Below, in pieces: positions 27,381 through 36,368 of a DNA stretch of 42,401 nt. The stretch is from an uncultured Eubacteriales bacterium (GTDB taxonomy: Bacteria > Bacillota > Clostridia > Peptostreptococcales > JAAYPU01). Both the position numbers and the translations under genes were made by a program. The notes under the pieces are model-generated. The model did not search any database. It had not been told where the DNA came from and worked only from the letters and a program-made list of their open reading frames with translations. Location: NCBI GenBank assembly GCA_964553505.1, contig CAZKKX010000002.1:1-42401 (forward strand), written 5' to 3'. Numbering within the stretch: the first letter of the stretch is position 1; each line of letters opens with the position of its first letter.

Positions 27381-29088
27381 TGGCAAAATCTCCTTCTGCT
27401 TCTCTAAAGTCTTTAATCAAAAACTGTATTTTATTAGTTCCGTTATAATCATTTATTTCAGGAAAACCAACTATATCAATTATCGATAGATTTTCTATTT
27501 TCCGATATTCCTCTGCCCCGTTGAAAGCAACTGCTTCTATGTAGCTTCCCGATTCATCATGGCATACTAATTTTAAATGTTCTTTCTTTTCTCCCATAAA
27601 AAATTCATTTCTTATGTTTAAGTTCTTCAGCAGAAATAATGGCTTTTCATTCTTAAATCCAAATGGTTCCAGTTGCTTCAAAATTTTTATAAAATCCTTA
27701 GTCAAATCCTTTATTTCTAATTCTAACGCAATTATTATTTCATTATCAAAATATTCCGGGTTCAATTGTTTTATAATTTTTAACTTTTCATTAAGTGATA
27801 TCCTGAGCAAATCCAAATTATCGGTCTTTATTGAAAATCCACAGGCCCCTGAGTGCCCTCCAAACTTTATAAATAAATGCTCATATGTTTTTAATAACTG
27901 ATGAATATCAATATTTGCAATGCTTCTTCCGGTTCCCTTTAATACCCCCTCTTCCCTTGATTTTGTCGCAATAATGACAGGACGAGAATACCTATCTTTA
28001 ACCTTCCCTGCAATAATACCCGCTACCCCTTCATGAATATCTTCCGAGTTTATTACAATAAATAAATCTTCTTTGTAATGTTGATCTATAATTTCAATAC
28101 ATTTTCTATAACCTTCATCCTGAAGGTTTTTCCTTTCCCGATTCAATTCCACAAGCAAACGTACCAGGCGGCGGGCTTCACAATTATCTTTCGAAAGAAA
28201 TAATTTAACCCCGGTCTCCGCAGTATCAATTCGCCCTCCTGCATTTAGATGAGGACCAATAACAAAAGCAATATGATAGGCATCTACGGTCTTGTGCTTT
28301 AATCCGACTCCATCCAATAGTAGCGCAAGACCCTTTCTCTTTTTCTTATTAATCATCTTGAGTCCATATTTTACTAAAACACGATTTTCATCTGTAAGAG
28401 GTACTATATCTGATACGGTAGCAATAGCGACTAAATCAAGGATCCTGTTCAGGATTTTCCTATCAAGACCTGCCTTTCTCTGAATCATTTGTGCCAATTT
28501 AAACGCTACACCACACCCGCAAAGATCTTTATAAGGATAATGGCAGTCTTTCTGTTTCGGGTTAACCATCAAGCAGTCTGGCAATTCTTTGCCAACATTA
28601 TGATGATCTGTAATGATAATATCCAATCCGGTTTCTTTTGCATATCTTACTTCTTTTATTGATACCGCTCCGCAGTCTACGGTAATAACCAAATGGGCAC
28701 CTCTTTTTTTTATCATATCCAGCGCCTCTTTATTTAATCCATAGCCCTCTTCCATTCTGGAAGGTATGTAATAGAAAACCTGCTCAGTTAAAGAAGAGAG
28801 CAACTCCATCACCAAACCGGCGCCGGTAATCCCATCAACATCATAGTCTCCGTAAACACAGATGGTTTTTTTATCACTAATAGCTTTTAATATCACTCTC
28901 ACCGATTCGTCCATATTCTTCATCAAAGAAGGATCATAAGTATTTTTAGGAGTACTGGACAAAAACTCCGCTATATCTTTCTTTTTTTTAATTCCTTTTT
29001 GTATTAGAAGCCTTTGTATCAATGGGTGGATATCTTCAAACAATTCTATGCCCTCTCTCGGTACCTCCAAAGTCCATTTATATTTCAT
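27367..29088 (-). CDS. recJ: Single-stranded-DNA-specific exonuclease RecJ
   Basis: DHH motifs (GDYDVDGITG, TVDCGA, IITDHHN) and a DHHA1 domain (GGHSGACGFS). The start was set to the ATG at 29088 (MKYKWTLEV), which is preceded by GGAGGCGGG. Confidence 0.93.
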   Translation of the reverse strand: MKYKWTLEVPREGIELFEDIHPLIQRLLIQKGIKKKKDIAEFLSSTPKNTYDPSLMKNMDESVRVILKAISDKKTICVYGDYDVDGITGAGLVMELLSSLTEQVFYYIPSRMEEGYGLNKEALDMIKKRGAHLVITVDCGAVSIKEVRYAKETGLDIIITDHHNVGKELPDCLMVNPKQKDCHYPYKDLCGCGVAFKLAQMIQRKAGLDRKILNRILDLVAIATVSDIVPLTDENRVLVKYGLKMINKKKRKGLALLLDGVGLKHKTVDAYHIAFVIGPHLNAGGRIDTAETGVKLFLSKDNCEARRLVRLLVELNRERKNLQDEGYRKCIEIIDQHYKEDLFIVINSEDIHEGVAGIIAGKVKDRYSRPVIIATKSREEGVLKGTGRSIANIDIHQLLKTYEHLFIKFGGHSGACGFSIKTDNLDLLRISLNEKLKIIKQLNPEYFDNEIIIALELEIKDLTKDFIKILKQLEPFGFKNEKPLFLLKNLNIRNEFFMGEKKEHLKLVCHDESGSYIEAVAFNGAEEYRKIENLSIIDIVGFPEINDYNGTNKIQFLIKDFREAEGDFAKNLT

Positions 29089-29157
29089 ACCCGCCTCCAA
29101 AACAAAGAATTTTGCCGCAGCAAAATTCTAAGGTGATTTGTTAAAATTATTATTCTT

Positions 29158-30282
29158 CTATCTATTATAATATTCCATAGGATCTATGTAATTGCCGTCT
29201 TTTCTTACTTCGAAATGCAAATGGGGTCCCGTAGACATCCCTGTACTACCGGATTTGGCAATAACCTGCCCCTTTTTCACCTTCTCTCCCACCTTGACAA
29301 GAAGTTCATTGTTATGACCATAAAGGGTAACGATGCTTCCGCCATGATCAATCATAACCGCTTTGCCATAACCTCCCAGCCAATTGGCATGAATAACCGT
29401 TCCGTTATTAGCTGCTACAATCTGACTGTTTGAGGGAACACGAATATCAATTCCTGTATGTAATTTTCTGGTTTTTAAAATCGGGTGTATTCGATATCCA
29501 AAATCAGAAGTAATATGTTCATACCCCGGAGAAGGCCACGCAAATTCCCCTCCGACATAAGCTTCACTGGATTGTGCTTGCCTTATTTTTTCAGAAAGCT
29601 CTGCTGCGTATCGGTTCAAATCATCTATTTGGCTTTCAAGAGCTTTATTATTTTGTGCCACCTGTGATCTGAGTTCAGCCACTTCTCCACGACTTACTTC
29701 AAGCTGGCCTATTTTGGTTTGAACATTTGCTTTTTGCTGATGTAGATTATATTTTAATTCTTCAAGGCTCTGCTTCTGCCGATTCATCTCTTTATATTTT
29801 TCTTCAAGAAATTTCAATAAACTTACATCCTGTTCCGTAATTCTGTTGACCATATCGATATTGCTCAAGAATTCCTGAAAAGAAGAAGCTCCTAATAAAA
29901 TCTCCATCAAACCGACTTCACCATTTTTGTACATAACTCGTAACCGTGAACCTAATACATCATTTTTATCATCAATTTCTTTTTCCGTATCTTCTATAGC
30001 AGCAATCATTATGTTGATTTCATCCTGTGTTTTATTGATTTCCTTTTGGAGTTGGCTTATCTCTTTTTCAGTTTCATCAATTTTTCTATCTAAATCGGCT
30101 ATTTGTTGTGTTAGATTTTTTTCTTCTTTTTCACCTTGACTCAACTGATCCTGAGTATTATTAATACGGTCATTGATACCTTCCAATTCTTTTTGATCGG
30201 CATCGGTTGCAAAAATTATGGATGATAAATATAAAGATATCATCAAAACAAAACTTAGTGAATAAACAATAATCTTTCTCAT
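29158..30282 (-). CDS. M23-family peptidase with a long N-terminal coiled coil (EnvC-like murein hydrolase or activator)
   Basis: Signal/anchor sequence, a coiled coil of about 220 aa, and M23 motifs HTGIDI and GPHLHFEV. Confidence 0.9.
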   Translation of the reverse strand: MRKIIVYSLSFVLMISLYLSSIIFATDADQKELEGINDRINNTQDQLSQGEKEEKNLTQQIADLDRKIDETEKEISQLQKEINKTQDEINIMIAAIEDTEKEIDDKNDVLGSRLRVMYKNGEVGLMEILLGASSFQEFLSNIDMVNRITEQDVSLLKFLEEKYKEMNRQKQSLEELKYNLHQQKANVQTKIGQLEVSRGEVAELRSQVAQNNKALESQIDDLNRYAAELSEKIRQAQSSEAYVGGEFAWPSPGYEHITSDFGYRIHPILKTRKLHTGIDIRVPSNSQIVAANNGTVIHANWLGGYGKAVMIDHGGSIVTLYGHNNELLVKVGEKVKKGQVIAKSGSTGMSTGPHLHFEVRKDGNYIDPMEYYNR

Positions 30283-30296
30283 AAATGCCCCCCCTT

Positions 30297-30324
30297 TAAG
30301 GTTTAATGTTTAAGGTTTAAGGAT
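30297..30324. repeat. Heptamer array TAAGGTT TAATGTT TAAGGTT TAAGGAT
   Basis: Read directly from the sequence. Intergenic, between ftsX and the M23 peptidase gene. Confidence 0.85.
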
Positions 30325-30345
30325 AATTTTGCTTAGCAAATTTTC

Positions 30346-30394
30346 CATACTCCATACTCTATACTCCATACTCTATACTCCATACTCTATATTC
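30346..30394. repeat. Heptamer array (C/T)ATACTC x7
   Basis: CATACTC CATACTC TATACTC CATACTC TATACTC CATACTC TATATTC, followed by two decayed units. Confidence 0.9.
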
Positions 30395-30409
30395 TACAAA
30401 CTATAGAAA

Positions 30410-31303
30410 TTATGTGTCCAGGAATTTCCTCATTGACAGAATACTGCCCAAAGATCCGATTCCAACACCCAGACTTATGAATATCCATACAAGATGGTTA
30501 ATTAGAAAATCATGCGGTACTAACCCTATAGAAAACATGACAAAAGCCTGTGTTGAAAAAGCTTCAATAATTTTTTTGTAAAAGAAATGAATAACCGCTA
30601 CCGAAATAGTGGATCCAATGATTCCGATAATGATACCTTCCACAAAAAATGGCCCCCGAATAAACCAATTTGTTGCCCCTACGTATTTCATTATGCTGAT
30701 TTCTTTTTCTCGTGCAGCAACCGTAAGTTTAACCGTGTTGGCTACAATAACAATTGAGATAATAACCAGTATAACAATAAGAATCATTCCGGATAACTGT
30801 ATAAAGTTTGTAATATTCAACAGTTTTTCTACAACACTTTGATAATATTTAATATCTTCAATGCCATTCATTCCTTTGACCCTGGATACTACCGCATCAG
30901 CATCTTCCAGATTTTCAACCTTTATTTCAATAGAATTGGGAAACGGGTTTGATTCCAGTCCATCCAAGAGGTACCCATTATCTCCCCATCTCTTTTTCAT
31001 AATAATCAGGGCTTCCTCTTTATCGACGTAAGATACTTCTTTGACTCCATAAACCGTTTCAATATCATTTTGCATTTCATAAATGGCTTCTTCTCCAATA
31101 TCATCCTCAAGAAATAATTGAATTGTATCAAATTGAGATTGTGCGGTTTGTGCCAACAAATTGATATTTACAATCAAGATGAAAAACAGCCCTAAGATCA
31201 ATAGCATAGAAGTTATGGAAAATATGGAAGCAGTACACATGTTTCTATTACGCAGCAACTGTTTAAATGCTTGGTTTACTGAATATACTAAAGCTCTAAA
31301 CAT
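30410..31303 (-). CDS. ftsX: Cell-division ABC transporter permease FtsX
   Basis: 297 aa with four TM segments and a large first extracellular loop. It overlaps ftsE by 8 nt and is followed by the M23 partner gene. Confidence 0.9.
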   Translation of the reverse strand: MFRALVYSVNQAFKQLLRNRNMCTASIFSITSMLLILGLFFILIVNINLLAQTAQSQFDTIQLFLEDDIGEEAIYEMQNDIETVYGVKEVSYVDKEEALIIMKKRWGDNGYLLDGLESNPFPNSIEIKVENLEDADAVVSRVKGMNGIEDIKYYQSVVEKLLNITNFIQLSGMILIVILVIISIVIVANTVKLTVAAREKEISIMKYVGATNWFIRGPFFVEGIIIGIIGSTISVAVIHFFYKKIIEAFSTQAFVMFSIGLVPHDFLINHLVWIFISLGVGIGSLGSILSMRKFLDT

Positions 31304-31979
31304 CGTATTTGTACGCTCCTCTCAAGTCATCTCTTATAATTTTGCCTTGTTCAATACCTATTACGCGCTTTTCCATTTTGTCAACGATTTCTTTTGCATG
31401 AGTCACCATCACAATAGTCGTACCTCGCATATTAATCTGAATAAGCAGCCTCATAATTTCCCAAGCCGTATCCGGGTCTAAATTTCCGGTGGGCTCATCT
31501 GCAATAAGCACAGATGGATTATTAATAATAGATCTCGCAATGGAAACTCTCTGCTGTTCTCCGGCAGAAAGTTCATGTGGATATTTATTGGCTTTATCGC
31601 TTATCCCGACAAGACTCAGTGCCTGCGGCACCACTCTTCGGATACTTCTTTGGGAAGCATGTATAATATGCATTGCAAAAGCAACGTTTTCATAGACAGT
31701 TTTTCGTGGTAATAACCTAAAATCCTGAAATACAATACCGATATTTCTCCTAAGAACAGGAATCTTTCTATTTGGCAAATCAGTAACTTCAAAATCTCCT
31801 AAATATATTCTCCCATCTGAAGCTTCTATTTCTTTTAAGAGCAATTTTATAAAAGTGGATTTCCCCGCACCGCTGGGACCCACCAAAAAAACAAATTCGC
31901 CTTTTCCAATACTTAAACTTACATCTGAAAGTGCTGCATTGGAACCATACAATTTGCTAACGTTTTCAAATTTAATCAT
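31296..31979 (-). CDS. ftsE: Cell-division ABC transporter ATP-binding protein FtsE
   Basis: Walker A GPSGAGKST, signature LSAGEQQRVSIARS and Walker B VLIADEPTGNLD. Confidence 0.95.
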   Translation of the reverse strand: MIKFENVSKLYGSNAALSDVSLSIGKGEFVFLVGPSGAGKSTFIKLLLKEIEASDGRIYLGDFEVTDLPNRKIPVLRRNIGIVFQDFRLLPRKTVYENVAFAMHIIHASQRSIRRVVPQALSLVGISDKANKYPHELSAGEQQRVSIARSIINNPSVLIADEPTGNLDPDTAWEIMRLLIQINMRGTTIVMVTHAKEIVDKMEKRVIGIEQGKIIRDDLRGAYKYDV

Positions 31980-32134
31980 GCCGTTTTTCCTTCCTTATGA
32001 TTTATCGCTACATACATTTTATTATATAATGGTGCGAGATTCTACAAATTATTTAAAAATTCTCTGCTATTTTTTTGAAATGCTTTCTTTTTTTCCTACG
32101 AATGATTATAATTTTTGTAGAAGAGGTGATTTTT

Positions 32135-32722
32135 TTGAAAAGCAAGATAAGAAAAAAGATTTTAGCTAAGAGAAATGCCCTTCCTCCGGAGGCAGTTTTA
32201 GATGCAGAAATAAAAATTATAAATCAATTGAGATATTGGTCAATTTATATAGATGCCGAATATGTTATGACTTATGTAGATTTTAGAAATGAAATCAAAA
32301 CCCATCGTATTATGAAAGATTTGATTATAAACAGAAAGAATTTGGTTGTTCCACTAACAAATAGAGATTCTACCGATATCAGACCTGTACAGATCTCTTC
32401 ATTCGATGAATTAACCACCGGTCAATTTGGTTTGTCGGAGCCTTCAAAAGAATCAAAAGAATTTAATCCGAAACTTTTAGACTTAATTCTTGTTCCGGGG
32501 ATTGCTTTTGATTTATTTGGAAACCGAATCGGATTTGGCAAAGGGTATTATGACAACTTTCTTGCACGGTTAAATGAAAATATACCATGTGCGGCATTGG
32601 CTTATGACTTTCAGGTATTAGATTACAAAATTCCTCATAATGAGCATGACATTCCCATGGATTATATAATAACACCAACCAGAACAATAAAAACAGGAAG
32701 AAAACATAGATCAATGGAATAA
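32135..32722 (+). CDS. 5-formyltetrahydrofolate cyclo-ligase (start uncertain: TTG 32135 preferred over ATG 32075 or 32102)
   Basis: LILVPGIAFDLFGNRIGFGKGYYDNFL is the family motif. The TTG at 32135 has AGAGGTGA 5 nt upstream and gives the usual N-terminus (KSKIRKKILAKR). Confidence 0.8.
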   Translation: MKSKIRKKILAKRNALPPEAVLDAEIKIINQLRYWSIYIDAEYVMTYVDFRNEIKTHRIMKDLIINRKNLVVPLTNRDSTDIRPVQISSFDELTTGQFGLSEPSKESKEFNPKLLDLILVPGIAFDLFGNRIGFGKGYYDNFLARLNENIPCAALAYDFQVLDYKIPHNEHDIPMDYIITPTRTIKTGRKHRSME

Positions 32723-32827
32723 TGAACATCAAAAAGATTAGATTGATAGAAGGATAGAGGATAAAAAAGATAATGAAGTTATGAGCTAATTTATAACACT
32801 AAAAAAGGGAGGAAAGGAGTATGGATA

Positions 32828-33193
32828 ATGAGCGGGAAAAAAACTGTTCTTATTTGTGATGACTCTATCACATCGAGGAAAAGGCTTAAGAAAACTATAA
32901 TTTCTAAAGGAAATTATGCAGTATTTGAAGCTGAAAACGGGCAAAAGGCCGTAGATTTATATAAGTCAGAGATGCCTAATCTGGTTTTTATGGATATTGT
33001 TATGCCCGTTAAAGATGGTCTTCAGGCAACCAAAGAAATTCGTGATTTCGATGAAAAAGCAAAAATTGTAATTCTGTCGTCAGTTGGAACAAAAGAAAAC
33101 CTGAAAGAAGCTCTCACTCATGGGGCAATGGATTTTATACAAAAACCTTGGGACGAGGATCACATCGAAAGCATGCTGAGAAAGCTTATTTGA
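32828..33193 (+). CDS. Stand-alone CheY-like response-regulator receiver protein
   Basis: 121 aa. Acidic pocket CDDS, phospho-acceptor context LVFMDIVMP, LSSVG (conserved Ser/Thr position) and IQKPW (conserved Lys). AAAGGAG RBS. Confidence 0.9.
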   Translation: MSGKKTVLICDDSITSRKRLKKTIISKGNYAVFEAENGQKAVDLYKSEMPNLVFMDIVMPVKDGLQATKEIRDFDEKAKIVILSSVGTKENLKEALTHGAMDFIQKPWDEDHIESMLRKLI

Positions 33194-33206
33194 AAGGGGT
33201 AAAAAA

Positions 33207-34076
33207 ATGTTCAGTCAATACTTCGGGCAATATCTTCTCAATAAAGGCTTGCTGTCTGCCCAGCAGTTAAGGGATGCCTTTGAACATGAAAAAAACACCA
33301 AAGTCAAATTGGGTGTTCTGGCCATGAATGCAGGCTTTATGTCTGCCGAACAAATTGAAAAGGTTTATAAACAGCAATCAAAAGTGGATGAAAAATTTGG
33401 TGAAATTGCAGTCAAAAACGGCTATCTTTCTGAAACTCAACTAAAAAAGCTATTGAGCACTCAAAAACAGGGTCATTTAGTTCTAAGTCAATATATTGTA
33501 GACAAGGGTTATATGTCTTTAACTCAACTGGATACAACCATGAAAGAATATATGAAATCAAGAAACTTGAACATTCGTAATCTCGATGACTTAAATATTG
33601 AAAAACTCTTGAACAACTATATCAATTTTGGGGATACATTATGGCATAAAATCTACTGGGAATACGTTTCTCTTCTTCTTAGAAATTGTATGAGATTTAT
33701 TAGTGATGTCCCGGTTATTCAGGTAGAACGAGTGGATGAAGCTTATTATTCGGAATGGATGGTATCACAGAGAATTTTTGGGAAGTTCAGCATGTTCACT
33801 TCATTTGCATCAAACGACCTTGGTGCCGCTAAACATTTGGCAGAATTGTTTAACAAGGAAGCTTTTGCTTCATTTGACGAATATGCACAAGACGGCATCA
33901 GTGAATTTTTAAATTTACATAATGGTATATTTTTAGTCAATATTTCTAACAGTGGCGTAGCTCTTGATATGGCTCCTCAACATATTTCTACTTGTGAAAA
34001 ACTGGATGAATTACCGGAATGTTACAAGATCACTTTAACCTGGATTTGGGGTGAAGTGGATATGGTGATATATTAA
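33207..34076 (+). CDS. Fusion protein: four tandem MshEN/T2SSE_N-type 24-residue motifs plus a C-terminal CheX/CheC-like phosphatase domain
   Basis: N-terminal motifs: FGQYLLNKGLLSAQQLRDAFEHE, LGVLAMNAGFMSAEQIEKVYKQQ, FGEIAVKNGYLSETQLKKLLSTQ and LSQYIVDKGYMSLTQLDTTMKEY, separated by 6-aa spacers. The C-terminal DGISEFLN...P fits the CheC/CheX/FliY motif D/S-x3-E-x2-N-x(~22)-P. The gene starts 13 nt after the CheY gene. Confidence 0.65.
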   Translation: MFSQYFGQYLLNKGLLSAQQLRDAFEHEKNTKVKLGVLAMNAGFMSAEQIEKVYKQQSKVDEKFGEIAVKNGYLSETQLKKLLSTQKQGHLVLSQYIVDKGYMSLTQLDTTMKEYMKSRNLNIRNLDDLNIEKLLNNYINFGDTLWHKIYWEYVSLLLRNCMRFISDVPVIQVERVDEAYYSEWMVSQRIFGKFSMFTSFASNDLGAAKHLAELFNKEAFASFDEYAQDGISEFLNLHNGIFLVNISNSGVALDMAPQHISTCEKLDELPECYKITLTWIWGEVDMVIY

Positions 34077-34110
34077 ACAGATAAAAGGTTCATTTGAGCG
34101 TGAGCGTAAA

Positions 34111-34142
34111 ATGAAGGATTTTGATTAATCAAAATCCTTCAT
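34111..34142. terminator. Bidirectional stem-loop between convergent genes
   Basis: ATGAAGGATTTTGAT-TA-ATCAAAATCCTTCAT forms a 15-bp perfect stem. It overlaps the stop codon of the minus-strand small ORF. Confidence 0.5.
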
Positions 34143-34330
34143 TGTTTATCATATTTTTCATACAGATCCTGAAGCTTCGTTGCCTGCATACCGCTTTCCT
34201 CAGCAAATTTCTTAAATATCTCGGCAACCTCCTGATCTGCTACTTGTTTTGAAAACATTTCATAATCTCTAACATTCTCCTGAGCATCCAACAACTTCTT
34301 GAAAATCGTATCACGTGTTCTCATTTCCAT
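34139..34330 (-). CDS. Small (63 aa) helical hypothetical protein
   Basis: The ATG at 34330 is preceded by AGGAGGG at 9 nt. The sequence is charged and helical, with no family I can name. Confidence 0.5.
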   Translation of the reverse strand: MEMRTRDTIFKKLLDAQENVRDYEMFSKQVADQEVAEIFKKFAEESGMQATKLQDLYEKYDKQ

Positions 34331-34468
34331 AATTTCTATCCCTCCTACTTTCATTATTATTATTTTTATCTTTCAGAGGAATAATTATGTATTCTTGAAT
34401 ATTTTAATTTAAATCGTTGAATTCGAAGTCAGGAGTCCAGAGGTCCCCGTCTCCTGTCATCTGTTTTT

Positions 34469-35212
34469 CTATGCTGTTTCACCACCATCAATTGGAATGA
34501 ACTGTCCGGTGATATAAGAAGCATCATCAGATGCTAAAAATGCATACAAAGCTCCTACCTCTTCAGGCTCTGCATGTCTTTTCAAAGGTATTCCTTCATT
34601 TACAACTGCAAACATTTCTTCTGTATATTCCGCTTTCTGCATGGGTGTCATTACATAGCCGGGACAGATTGAATTTGCTCTTATATATGGTGCATATTCC
34701 AAAGCAATGGTCTTCGCCAGCAGTATTACGCCTGCTTTTGAAGCATTATAATCCGCATAAAACGGATGCCCGCTCATACCATTGGTTGAAGCAGTAAACA
34801 AAATAACGCCGCTTTTCTGCTTTTTCATTCTTTTTACTGCTTCTTTTGAACAGAGAAACATTCCGTTAAGATTTATATCTATTACATTCTTCCACTGTTC
34901 ATACTCAATTTCATCAAAAGGCTTTCTGACACTTATACCGGCATTTGATATCAGAATATCGATACCTCCAATTAAATGATCTGCCTCTTGAAAACCATTT
35001 TTTACATCTGCTTCCGCACGAACATCTACTTTCACAGCTCCTACTAATCCCGGATTATTTTCAAGCACATTATCAAAAGCTTTATCATTTATGTCAAAAA
35101 TGACAACCTTTGCACCTTCCTTTACAAATCTCTGTGCGGTGGCAAGCCCTATTCCGCTTGCTCCTCCAGTTACAACAACTCTCTTCCCTTGAAGATCTTC
35201 ATGTATAGCCAT
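34469..35212 (-). CDS. SDR-family NAD(P)-dependent oxidoreductase (distal gene of the sigma-54 operon)
   Basis: TGGASGIG, NAG and the YNASK catalytic motif. The start was set to the ATG at 35212 (MAIHEDLQGKRVVVTGG), which is preceded by GGGAGG. Confidence 0.9.
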   Translation of the reverse strand: MAIHEDLQGKRVVVTGGASGIGLATAQRFVKEGAKVVIFDINDKAFDNVLENNPGLVGAVKVDVRAEADVKNGFQEADHLIGGIDILISNAGISVRKPFDEIEYEQWKNVIDINLNGMFLCSKEAVKRMKKQKSGVILFTASTNGMSGHPFYADYNASKAGVILLAKTIALEYAPYIRANSICPGYVMTPMQKAEYTEEMFAVVNEGIPLKRHAEPEEVGALYAFLASDDASYITGQFIPIDGGETA

Positions 35213-35249
35213 GTATAAGCCTCCCTTCATTTTATACCTTCTATACCTT

Positions 35250-36368
35250 TTAATAATCAATAGGATATATGACCTGTTCTTTATATCCTACTAATGCTTT
35301 AATATATCCACTCAGCATTTTATCTACTTTAATGTCTCCTGTATCCACCAAAAATGGACGGCCTCTGAGTTCAGAAATCTTCTGTTTTGTAGTAATAACG
35401 ATAATATTTTTTTTTCCTATACTCCGTACGATTCCTGAACTTATTTGTTGATTGCCTCTTCCTAAAAGATATCCCTGACCGCCAATAGGGGTAATAATAA
35501 GTTTACAATTATTCTTATTTGTTATGTCCTTTAACTGTTTCTCTGTAACATCCATTGCTACAAGCTGTTTGTTGCAAATGACATCAACGCCCAACAAAGT
35601 ATACGAAAGGCTCATTTCTTCCATAACAGCTCTGGTGGTTGTCCCAGGTCCTATTATATAGAAAATGTCATCCTCCATATTATCTATAACATCGAGTGCA
35701 ATGGCTTTCTGGGATACTGCTTCACTCAAAGGCGTAGGTGCTTTTCTATTCTGCACATAATTTTTTTCGTATGGGATTTTTAAATATCCAAATAATTGAG
35801 TATCGACTCTGCCTGCTCTGTACTCATTCTCATTGATATCCAGCACTTCTACTTCTTTCAAAGTCTTTATTTTGCCTGTCAGATAAAGTTTAGCCAGTTC
35901 TCCAGCCTTTCTCGGATTTCTGGCATAAACCGGGGAATGGATTTTGACACCGGCGGGAATTCCGATTACCGGAACCTTTTCTTCCACAGCTTTGAAAATG
36001 TCTCTTGCCGTCCCGTCGCCTCCTGTAAATAATATTATATCTACCTTTTCTCTTAACATAGCTTGAGCAGCATTTTTTGTATCATCAGAACTGCTGTAAT
36101 CCCTTTTATATTTCCAAACAACTTTTGTCGCAAAAAGATATTGCTTTGCTTCATTTTCACCCATATCCGACGAGCATGTCACTATTTCAATATCATTCCT
36201 TATATTACTAAGTACGCCGAGCGCCTCCATTGCCCTATGTGGAGAACGAGGTACAGCTCCCAGCTCTATAGCCTTCTGAACCACGTCATCCGTTCCTTTC
36301 AATCCAACACTGCCCCCCATTCCCGCAATTGGATTTACAATAAATCCTACTTTTTTCACTTTTACCAT
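35250..36368 (-). CDS. ATP-NAD-kinase-fold protein (COG3199/AcoX-like)
   Basis: VGFIVNPIAGMGGSVGLKGTD and the GGDGT signature (ILFTGGDGTARDI). 372 aa. It overlaps the gcvPB-like stop by 7 nt. Confidence 0.8.
   Translation of the reverse strand: MVKVKKVGFIVNPIAGMGGSVGLKGTDDVVQKAIELGAVPRSPHRAMEALGVLSNIRNDIEIVTCSSDMGENEAKQYLFATKVVWKYKRDYSSSDDTKNAAQAMLREKVDIILFTGGDGTARDIFKAVEEKVPVIGIPAGVKIHSPVYARNPRKAGELAKLYLTGKIKTLKEVEVLDINENEYRAGRVDTQLFGYLKIPYEKNYVQNRKAPTPLSEAVSQKAIALDVIDNMEDDIFYIIGPGTTTRAVMEEMSLSYTLLGVDVICNKQLVAMDVTEKQLKDITNKNNCKLIITPIGGQGYLLGRGNQQISSGIVRSIGKKNIIVITTKQKISELRGRPFLVDTGDIKVDKMLSGYIKALVGYKEQVIYPIDY

Noticed and set aside
30297-30394. The short tandem arrays as a CRISPR array
   Set aside because: The units are 6-7 nt and contiguous, with no spacers of 25-40 nt and no cas genes. 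They are microsatellite-like, not CRISPR.
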